From: Callorhinchus milii
Taxonomy: Eukaryota
Assembly (NCBI RefSeq): GCF_018977255.1
Contig: NW_024704743.1
Coordinates: forward strand, 81,842,001 to 81,906,000
Length of the DNA stretch: 64,000 bases
Direction: 5' to 3'
Below, piece by piece: positions 53,962 through 64,000 of this stretch (position 1 is the stretch's first letter; every line of letters begins with the position of its first letter). The translations under genes and the position numbers were made by a program. The notes under the pieces were generated by a model. That model saw only the letters and a list, made by a program, of their open reading frames with translations, was not told the DNA's origin and searched no databases.

Positions 53962-56900
53962 CAACAACAACAATAAAATTACAAACGCGCCTTTCACGTT
54001 GGGAGGACATCCCAAAGCGCTGAACAGTCAGGTGTCGGGGCCCGAGCATGGGGGAGGGGTGGTGTAGGGGTGAAAGAAGGCAGAGAGGTGTGAGGGAGAC
54101 CAAAGGCACGGTCGAAGAGAAGGGTCTTGAGACCGGCCTTGAAGGAGGCAAGGGAGGAAGCGATGTGAAGGGACGTGGGATGGAGTTCCAGAGTTTCGGG
54201 GCAGAGAAATTGAAAGCCCGGCCACCAATGGTAGGGCGGGTCGGGTGGGAGACATGGAGCAGGCGGAGCCCGCTGAACGGAGAGAGCAGGCAGGTTGGTA
54301 GGGAGTCAGCAGGTCAGAGAGGTAGGAGGGGGCAAGGCCATGGATGGCCTTAAAGGTGAGGACAAGGATCTTGAACTCGATCCTCTGGGCGATGGGGAGC
54401 CAGTGGAGTCGGGTGAGGGTGGGAGTGATGGGGTCGTGGAGCCTGGTGCGTGAGAGTACACAAGCTGCAGAGTTTTGGATGATCTGCAGCTTGTGAAGGG
54501 AAGAGTTGGGAAGGCCGATGAGGAGGGGGTTTCCATAATCGAGCCTTGATGTGATGAATGCGTGGGTGAGGGTTTCGGCAACCTGAGGGGAGAGGCAGTG
54601 GCGGAGTCTGGCAATATTGCGGAGGTGGTGGTAGGCAGTGCTGGTCATGGCACGGATGTGGGGGAGAAAGGACAGTTCAGGGTCAAACAAGATACCCAGG
54701 TTCCTGACTGGCTTAGTGAGGTTGAGTGTGCAGTCGTGGAAGCTGATGATGCCAGCACCCGAGGTGCGGTGGCGGTGGCGCTGGCGCGAGCCAATCAGGA
54801 GGGTCTCAGTCTTGCTGAAGTTGAGTTGGAGAAAGTTGGCCCTCATCCAGGACAGGCAGTCTGTCAGGATGCCAGTAGTCCTGGAGTTCAGGGTGGAGGC
54901 AGAGAGGTAGAGTTGGGTGACATCCGCATACATGTGGAAATTTACCCCATGTCTGTGGACGATGTCACCAATGGGGAGCATGTAGAGGGTGAAGAGGAGG
55001 GGACCGAGGACAGAGCCCTGAGGAACGCCGCACGAGACGGTGTGGGGGCTGGAGGAGAAGCTGTTTGCCACAATGAAGTGGAGGCGGTGTGAAAGATAGA
55101 TGAACTAGTCAAGGACAGAACCTTGAAGGTTGAGGTGGGAGGAGAGGCGGTGGAGGAGGATTGAGTGGTCCACGGTGTCAAAGGCGGCAGAGAGGTTGAG
55201 GAGGACGAGGAGGCAGAGGGAGCCCTGGTCACACATGGTCAGGATGTCATTTGTGACCTTGACCCGATTGGAGGGGTTCATGGAGGGAGTGAGAGGAGAG
55301 GAAAGAGCGAAGCTGGGAGGCAACGGCTCTCTCAAGGAACTTGGATAGGAAGGGGAGATTTGAGATGGGCCGGTAGCTGGATAGCTGTGACAGATGGAGG
55401 GAAGATTTCTTCAAGGTGGGGGTGATAGTGGCTGTTTTGAGGGGGGAAGGAACAGTGCCAGATGACAAGGGGAGGTTAATGATGTCGGCAATTAGTGGGG
55501 CAAGGAGGTGGCGCTGGCATTTAAGGAGACGGGTAGGGATGGGGTCGAGGGAGCAGATGGTGGACTTCATGGAGGTTACCATGTTGAAGACAGAGGAGGG
55601 GGTGACAGGTTCAAAGTGTGAAAGGAGGGATGGGTAATTGTGGGGGTGGGGGTAGGGAGGGGTTGGAAGTTGGGAGGGCAGTGGCAGCTGAGCGGATTCC
55701 CTCAATTTTGGACTCAAGGAAGCCCAGCATTTTCTCGCAGTGAGAGTCAGAGGAAAGTATCTGCGAGGCATGTCAGGGAGGGTGGAGGAGCCGATTAGTA
55801 ACATAACATAACATAACATGTAGGAGCAGGAGTAAGCCATTCGGCCCTTCGAGCCTGCCCTGCCATTCAATCATGGCTGATCTTCTAATCTAACTCCAGC
55901 TAATAACCTGACCCCGCCTTATCCCCATATCCCTTAATCCCTTTTGCAATAAGAAATCTATCTGTCTCAGTCTTGAATATGTTCAAGGACTGAGCGTCAA
56001 CAGCCCTTTGGGGTAGCAAGTTCCATACATTCGCCACCCTTTCAGTGAAGAAGTTCTTCCTCAACTCAGTGCAAAAGGGCTGGCCTCTGATTTTAAGGTT
56101 GTGACCCCTGGTTTTAGTTTCTCCAACCAGGGGAAACAATCTCCCACTATTTACTCTATCATGCCCTTTGATGATCTTATAGTTTTCTGTAAGATCCCCT
56201 CTAATTCTTCTATATTCTAGAGAGTATAGGCCCAAATTGGTCAGCCTATCCTCGAAACTCATCCCCTTCATCCCTGGTACTAACCTAGTAATTCTACGCT
56301 GCACCCCCTCCAAGGCAAATACATCCTTCCTTAAATGAGGAGACCAAAACTTGACACAGTATTCCAGGTGTGGTCTCACCGGGGCCCTATACAGTTGCAG
56401 TAAGACTTCCCTACTCTTATACTCTAATCCTTTCATAATGAATGCTCACATACCGTTTGCCTTCCTAATTGCTGCTGCACCTGCGACTAACTTTCTGTGA
56501 TTGGTGTACAAGGACACCCAAGTCCCTCCGGATGCTAACACATTCCAATCCCTCCCCTTCTAAAAAATAACCCAACCCATCCAGACCAGGGGATTTGTCA
56601 CTTTTAGTGCTAACAGTTTCCCTAGCACCAATTCTCTACTAATGAAAATGTCCCTAAGTTGCTCCCTGTCCTTATCCCCTTGGTGCATCTCTATTGTTGG
56701 CAGACGTGTTGCATCTTCTAGGGTGAAGATACAACAAGTTTGCCAACAATAGAGTGTCCCAGGGACTCTGCCATATCTTTATCCCCCATTACAACTTCTC
56801 CCGTCTCTGACTGAAGTGGACCTACATTTACCCTCACTAGCCTATTCCTCTTAATGTATTTGTAAAAACTTTTATAATCAGACTTAATGATCAAAACGTT

Positions 56901-58385
56901 TACAATCAGACTTAATGGTAGAGAACAGGAGCCTGGGATTGCCTTAGTGGTGGGGAACTGGAGCCTGGGATTGCCTTTTGCCTCCAGGATTAAGCTGGAA
57001 TAGAAGGATAATTTGGCTGAGGCGAAAGCGGAGCGATAGTTCTTGATGAGGTCCAGCCAGATGTAACGATGGTCAGTTAGTCCAGATTTGAGCCAAGTGC
57101 GTTTGGCAGACCGCACCTGGCTCTTAAGCAAGCGGAGGTGTCTGGTGAACCAGGGTGAGGATCGGGAATAGGAAGCAGTTCGGGAGGTGAGGGGGACAAG
57201 GACGTTGAGTGTGGTGCAGCGGGTTCTGTGAAGAAGAGTGAGTGCAGTGAGTGGGTTGTTGCGAGAGGTGGGCCAAAGGGGGAGGAGATCAGAGGACTCC
57301 AGGGCAGCGGAGAGGGATTGCGGGGAGATCTTCTTCCACGGGCAGTAGAAGATGGTAGTTGGTTTGGAGGCAGTGGGGAGAGGAATATGGGAGTTGAGTG
57401 AGATGAAATGGTGGTCAGAGATGGCCTTGTCAGTGATGGTGACATTCAAGATGTTGAGGCCCTGGGTGATCACCAGGTTGAGCGGGTGACCTTGGGTGTG
57501 GGTCGCCGAGTGGATGTGGAGGGAGAGGTTGAGAGAGGAGAGGAGAGAGGAGAAGTCTGAGGAGATGGAGTAGGAGGGGGTGAAGTGGAGGCTGAAGTCG
57601 CCTAGGATGATGAGGCAGTCGGAGTAGAGGCAGAGGGAAGCAAGGAGGATGGAGATGTCAGAGATGAAGGTGGAAGAGGATTTTGGGGGGCGGTAGAGAA
57701 TATTCAGAAAGAGGTGAGAGGGATGGCAGAGGGTAAGGTGTTTGAAAGAGGAGAATGAGCCGGTGGAGTAGGGGGATAGGGCAAGTGACGCCCTGGATAT
57801 GAGGGCCACACCACCCCCATAACGGTTGGGGTGTGAGGCCTGGTGGTAGGTGTAACCGGGTGGTGTGGCCTCAGTGAGGGGGAAGGTGTCACCTGGGGTG
57901 ATCCTGGTTTCTGTGAGTGCCATGATGTCAATGTTCTCATCAAGGATGAGTTCATTGATGGCCAGCATCTTGTTGGAGATGGAGCGGACATTTTGAATGC
58001 GGAGTGTACAGTTGGTAGGGGGGCGTGTGGGATGGGAGGAGGTAGGGGAATGGTTGAGAAGGAGAGTGGGGATGCAGATGAGGGAGGAGAGGTTAGGCCC
58101 CGGGGTCAGGGTCCGGGGTGACTTGCAGCTGTAGTGGGGAATGGAGCAGTCGGTGTGGCTGCTGCTGGACAGCCAGTGCCGAGTGCTGCAATGAGCCCGG
58201 CAGAGGATTCCCAGGCGGGAGCAGAGGGAGGCAGTTGGGGGGTCAAACAGAGATAGGAGGCGGGGAGGGCGGAGAGAGAGCAGGACAGAGTGGGAGAGTT
58301 GCAGGGAGGGGCACATTTTGAGGGAGGACCAGCTCGGGTCGGGGGCAGCAGCCAAGATGCGCACACTGGGACAAGAGGCGGCGGG
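53962..58385 (-). mobile_element. Near full-length L2 (APE endonuclease plus RT), interrupted by a CR1
   Basis: ORF 56718-58364 has QNVRSI, ALTET, GGGVA, LYRPP, GDF and SDH APE motifs; RT motifs in 54028-55790; TCAA duplicated at 53958-53961 and 58386-58389. Confidence 0.93.
55800..56943 (-). mobile_element. CR1 (same family as 25358-27208) with internal deletion
   Basis: ORF 55900-56436 nearly identical to the first copy; (ATGTT)n tail; TTAGT duplicated at 55795-55799 and 56944-56948. Confidence 0.92.
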
Positions 58386-59680
58386 TCAAAGCCCTCCACG
58401 GCCTTGCCCCCGCCTACCTCTCTGAACTGCTAACCCCCTATCAACCTGTCCGCTCCCTCCGTTCAGCAGGCTCCAGCCTGCTCTATGTCTCCCGCCTGAC
58501 CCACCCTACCATCGGCGGCCAGGCTTTCAGCCTCTCTGCCCCCACCCTTTGGAACTCCATCCCACAATCCCTTCATCCTGCTCCTTCCCTTGCCTCCTTC
58601 AAGGCACAACACAAGACTCTCCTTTTTGACTGTGCCTTCAGCCGCCCTCCCACCTCTCTGCCCTCCCTCATCCCAATCCTGCCTTCCCACACTCGAGCCC
58701 TGATTCCCGACTGTTCAGTGCCTTAGGACATACTCCTGACATGGAAAGCGCTTTACAAATTTTGTTGTTGTACTTGCAGTGGCTTAGATAATTCACATTG
58801 GGAAACTTGCATGCATGCATCAGTGAGCAGCGATTGGCATGTGATAGATTTGAGTGAGCATTGGTAGGCTATTCAACCATGGTTGAGCATCACAAATGAA
58901 CCAGGTCCTGTCCTCACACGTGTTTGTTCTCGTAAAGGTCACTAGATAGTGATCAGAAAGATGTGTCCTGACTGAGGACAATTGTACTCACTGACTGGAA
59001 TGAACTAATTCAGCACAAAGAGTTGATCTACTGAATGGTATACAGTGATCCCTGTTGGAGGTGGGCATGTGTGGATTATATTTTCTCGACAAAAAGGAAC
59101 TAGGAATTTATGAGGATATTATTCTTGGATTGTTTTGCATTTTTTAGAAACTATTTTAAAATAACAAAAGTTTTATAAGTAGCAAAGTATTTTGGCAGTC
59201 GGTAATATGATTTCTTCCACGACAAACATTTCAAACCGTTTTATAAATAAACTCTGTCTGAACTTCACTGTAATGTTAGAAAGAGAGTCAGTGTAAATGG
59301 GATTTATCCTGTGAGATTGAATCATGTCTCTCAGAAAAAATCTTTGACACAGTAGAAGGAAAAATAAATTGTAAGTTTTAAATCTAATCTGCCATTTTTT
59401 GGGAGCCTCTTTTATATTATGGTTGACTACTTGTCTTTTCTTAGCACTGTCACAATGAGAGAATCCATTCTATATGAAATAATGGAGATGAAGGAAAACA
59501 CATCGAATCTTTAGAAGTATTACTGTCAGTTCACTCAAGGTTTAAATACCTTTTTTTTATTAAAGTTAGAAACTGCCTAGAAAGAAACTGATTGAAATCC
59601 CTATATATGTGGATTTATAGATCGTCAAAATAACATGATATGACTGGTTGACAGGCAGAGATTAATACCATTATAAACTT

Positions 59681-60000
59681 CAGCCCAGCTCAGTTGGTAG
59701 CACTCTCGCCTCTAAGTCAAAAGATTTTGGGTTCAAGGCCCACACTGGTACTTTGAACTGGCATAGTTTAGCCTAACATTCCAATACAGTGCTGGGGGAT
59801 GTTAAAGATCCCATGGCACTATTCAAAAAGAGAAGGTAGTTTCACCTGGTGTCCCAGCCAACAATATGATCATTCTCTTCATAGCTGTGGGACATTGCTT
59901 TGCACAAATTGGCTGCTGCATTCACTTGCAAAATATACAATCAATGCACTTTACAATATATTCTGTGAAGTGCTTTGAGAGGTCCTCCTAATATGAAACA
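59681..60000 (+). mobile_element. Deu-type tRNA-SINE
   Basis: AGCTCAGTTGG A box, GGGTTCAAGGCC B box, GCACAAATTGGCTGC core. Confidence 0.8.
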
Positions 60001-62189
60001 ACCACTCTAGGACTCTACCCTTCGTGAGGGTATAAATATCCTCATAATATATCATAAATGCAAGTTGCTGTTGTTATTGAAACCCAGTTTACAAATACAA
60101 ATATGATCATTATTAATAATACATTTTGCTATATTTTTAATACATATGTATAAATAATATATTCCATTTATCTTGCCTCTTCTAAAGATGTTGAGTCACA
60201 CTAGTATATTTTACCCATTTGATAAGCGCTCTGGGTCACTGCCCTGCATGAGGGGTGCTAAATAAATACAAGTTGTTATTGTTGTTGTTGTAGTTCATCA
60301 AATACACCATTCTTTGTCTGTGAACAACAACTCAACAACAAAATTACATTTGTATAGTGTCTTTCACATCGGCCCAGAATGTATGTGCCAGCAGATTATT
60401 CTATTATAATAAATAATCATCCCATGCAATTGGTATGGCGCCTTTCGCATCGGCAGGATGTCCAAAAGTGCTTCACAGGATATACTGTGAATTGCAGTGA
60501 CTATGTATTTTGTGTATGAGGGAAGGGAGGGAGATGAATCACACCCAAGCTCTATCCTGTCCTCACATAATATTGACATATGTGCATTCTTTAGCAGAGG
60601 TCAGTGAATGGGGATAATAATAATAATCCTGGCACTTGGTATAACGCCTTTCACATTGGGAGGATCTTTAATGTCCATTGATTCCATCCCATTTAAAAAG
60701 AGATTGAGAAAACTCGTGGAATTGAAGGACATACCAAAAAGAGAAATTATCAAATATATTAAATAGTTAATAACCATGGAGATGTTGCAATGGTTTTATT
60801 TTGTATTCTATGGTGAGGCATGAAGTGCGTGCATTCATATGTGAAGGAGAGAACATGAGAAATTACAAGGATTTTTATTTAAGTGAATGTGATCATTAAT
60901 ACCTACCATGGAGCCAGCTTTGGATCCCCATGATCCTTTGAAAGCCAGTATCCAGTGAGGCAGTGGTGAGAACCTGATGCTGAAGTTTACCATTGCCTTT
61001 CTTCAATAAGCGATAATTTACAACAGCTCCCCAGCTGGAAACAAACTGTCAGGTCAAGAAGTGAGGAGGTTGACAGAGATCGGATCCATTTCGACTCTTT
61101 ACAAGTGGAACACTTAATGGCAGGCAGGAGCCTGCTAGGCATCAAAGAACTACCATATTGAAAGGCTTACATCTTCAAAATGGGTTGCATTCATTCTTGG
61201 AAATCTTCTGGAAATAAACAGTTTGCAATAATATGGCTTGCTGCTTTATGAAACAGATTAAATACATTGTTTTTAAAACATCAACATGCAGCAAAGATAA
61301 CTGGCAGGCATGTACAGTCTTTGAAGTGAAATGTGATGCCTGAAATACAATCGGTCCAGCTGAGAATGTTCTGTCTCTGTCTTTTGCTACAAATAAATCA
61401 TCAACTCCACAAAATTTATGGACAGAAATTGCTGTAAGTTCCTCATGCACGTGTATACCATAATTGTTGTGCTTTCCAGCCAAACGTCTCTGAACAAAAC
61501 AATGCCTGTGCAGCTTGTTTACATCTTCCATATTCTGTTGACAGAATTGTCTGAAGAACGAAATGTTCAGTGCCAAGAAGGAATATATTATGCTTCGGAG
61601 ACATGACAAATCAAGTAGATCCAATTTCTTCATATCGTGGCCTTATATTCTGCTTTCTGAGAAAGGGCTGCAGAATAAACAGCTGTCAATATCGAGCAAT
61701 ATGGTAAAAGTGACAAAAATAATTGGCAAGAGGGACACATAGACTCTTAAGTCCATTTCAACTTGAGTACTATAATTAGGTTTTCCCGCTCCAACGCTTC
61801 ATTGTTTCTTTTGGTTGCTATTTTATTTCTCTTGGTTCAAGACATAAACAATGCCCTAAAAATTAAAGCACCTTATCACGTTAATATCAACGACCTCTTG
61901 GCATAATCGAGAACTTGAAATTATTGAGAACTTGGCATGACTGTGCAGATTGAAACTAGCAGAAGTTCAAAGGTAAGTTGTATGGTGATAGCGGTGGTCA
62001 ATCTTTATATAATTGCACTTTAGTGCTCTTCAGCCTCTGGATAAGTAAGCTAAGTATGTCATTAGTCTCATTAATTTCATTAATGATCTACTAAGAAAAC
62101 GTTCATGCAATGCAGAACATAAAGAATTGAGTAAAATAAATTAAATAATAGAACAATTAAATACAAAAGTTACCAGTTTGTCACCTACC

Positions 62190-62926
62190 GCTTGGATTAC
62201 TGCAACGCAATCCACGCCGGTCTCTCCAGCTCCACCATTCACAAGATCCAGCTCATCCAGAACTCTGCCGCCCGCATACTGACCCGAACAAATCTCCATA
62301 CCCACATCTCACCAGTTCTGGCCAAGCTCCACTGGCTCCCCATCACCAAACGGATCAACTTCATGATCCTCACATTTGTGTTCAAATCCCTTCACTCTTT
62401 GGCACCTCCCTACCTCTCCAACCTCCTCACTCCCCAATACACCACCCTCCGCGCCTCCGCTGACTGGCACCGGCCTCCTGCTCATCCCTCACACCCTCCG
62501 CCCCACCATCGGAGGTTGGGCTTTTAGCCACTGTGCTGCAAACCTCTGGAACACTCTCCCTCAATAATAATAATGATCCTTGCATTTGATATAGCGCTTT
62601 TCATGTCTTCTAGACGTCTCAAAGAGCTTCACAGAATAGACTGTAAAGTGAATTGATTGTATATTTGTGGGCAAAATGCAGCAGCCAATTGCACACAACA
62701 GTGTCTCACAAACAGTCGTGGATTGAAGTGACCAATTTTTTTATTGCTTTCTTTCCCCTCCACCTTACTCCCTTTTTTAAGTCCCACCTGAAGACACTCT
62801 TCTTTGACCATGCCTATTGACCCCTTCCCCTCCACCCTCCCCAGCCTCAGAGTCAGGCTCCCTAATGTTAAGCGCTATGAGATGCTGCTGTGCATGGAGG
62901 GTGCTACACAAGTACAAGTTGTTGTT
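62190..62926 (+). mobile_element. L2 3' fragment containing an antisense SINE (62563-62748)
   Basis: LDYCNA...IQNSAAR...LHWLPI; the L2 3' UTR resumes after the SINE and ends in a TTG tail. Confidence 0.88.
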
Positions 62927-63627
62927 GGTTTTCATTTTTGAAGTCTATTTTTTGAAGAACCAGTTCAAACCTAAAGAAAGGGCGAGTCTGATGATGTCCC
63001 ACAAACATCTTTACTATGTCCAGTATCGCACGCCATCCAATAACAGAGGCACACTTATTCTTTGGTGTTTATAATGAGAATCCCTAAACAACACCACCCT
63101 TAAACTCCTGGCTTGTCTATACAAATGGCCATCATCGGATTGCTAATTAATGCAAACCATCCTCTGGCTGTCTTCTGAGCTAAACAAGCGCATAAGAATA
63201 GTCTTGACTTATTATTGTCACATCCTTGTATCAAAGGTGCTTCAGAACTAAGCAAGAGAAATTTGCTAATTTTTTCCTTGCTTTTTTCTCCCTGATATTC
63301 TTTCTTCCCTCCCTGAGGAGGCTGGCTCAGGCTAATGTATGGTTTCAAGGATAGAGGGAGTCCTAGGTTATCTCACCCAAGTGGGCAGAATCCAAAAGGG
63401 GGGCAAAATGTGACTTGTGTCAAGCTTCTGGAACTCTGCTTGGACTCTAAACCCAGCTTAGATTTCTGTAGAGCCAGATTTTGGCCAAAGAAGTCTTCTA
63501 ACACCAGGCTTAAAAAATGTCCAAACCAGACTGAGTGCTACATATGTATGCCATCTTCAGATAAAAATATCCCATTAGTCTAGAGTGGAAAGTGCACCCT
63601 TCCCATTAGGACTTTGGCTTGCAGGGT

Positions 63628-63915
63628 TAACAACAATAACAACAACTTGCATTTATATAACGCCCGTTACATGAAAGAGCGACCCGGAGCATTTGACAGT
63701 GGCGGAATCTGACAACGAGCCAGAGGGAGTGGGGAGGTGACTGTAAGCATGATAAAAAAGGAAGGTCTTTAGGTGGGATTTGAAGGTGGGAAGGGATGGG
63801 GCAAAGCAGAGGGATTGAGGGAGGGAGTTCCAGAGTTTCAGAGTGTAGTGGCTGAAGGTGGAGTTGGGGGTAAGTAAATTGGATAGGTGCGAGGGTATGA
63901 AGGGATTTGAAAATG
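63628..63915 (-). mobile_element. L2 3' fragment
   Basis: (CAA)n tail; similar to 39699-40080. Confidence 0.75.
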
Positions 63916-64000
63916 AAATAATGAGTTAGACAGCAAGTGAGGCTCTCTCTCCCCTTCCCCCACAGTCCAGCTGTAGCAGCAGGCTGGTTTCAATAGCACA

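Larger units (their letters stand above)
52795..58771 (+). mobile_element. Host L2 (52795-53961 plus 58386-58771) split by a second L2
   Basis: [10 protein letters not shown] and YTDDTQLY motifs; ...AAAATCCTCATCCTCACTTTC resumes as AAAGCCCTCCACGGCC (KILILTF|KALHGLAP) at 58388 and runs to a (TTG)n tail. Confidence 0.88.

Noticed and set aside
56718..58364. 548-aa ORF as a host gene or functional L2-CR1 fusion
   Set aside because: L2 endonuclease reading by chance into the inserted CR1; the called start is GTG and the downstream RT is frameshifted.
61175..61633. 152-aa ATG-initiated ORF
   Set aside because: No recognisable domain or supporting exon structure; likely chance, though untested by homology search.
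2214..62748. Recurrent palindromic ~40-bp motif as a CRISPR-like or retron-like system
   Set aside because: Copies are dispersed in both orientations with no spacers; explained as SINE/L2 3' tails.

Overview
Vertebrate genomic DNA, most likely from a cartilaginous fish (inferred from shark-type CR1/HER1 3' tails, abundant L2 and Deu-type tRNA-SINEs). The only protein-coding gene is a complete hyaluronan synthase 2 (HAS2) on the minus strand: a non-coding exon 1 (~17160-16427) and coding exons 9294-8668, 5955-5854 and 2019-1090 that splice into 552 aa. The remaining ~46 kb upstream is a gene desert filled with retrotransposon and MITE relics, including multi-level nested insertions that can be reconstructed. 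The most interesting observations are: a compact kB/CCAAT/CRE cluster in intron 1, a candidate promoter for a HAS2-AS1-like antisense RNA; a natural Ala at the human O-GlcNAc site Ser221; miR-23 and let-7 seed sites in the 3' UTR; an L2 tail abutting the exon 3 donor; a SINE/L2 pair sharing a 3' stem-loop; and unclassified dispersed repeats. I see no firm evidence of a wholly new biological system. Repeat family names are from memory, not database searches, and the boundaries of old repeats are approximate.
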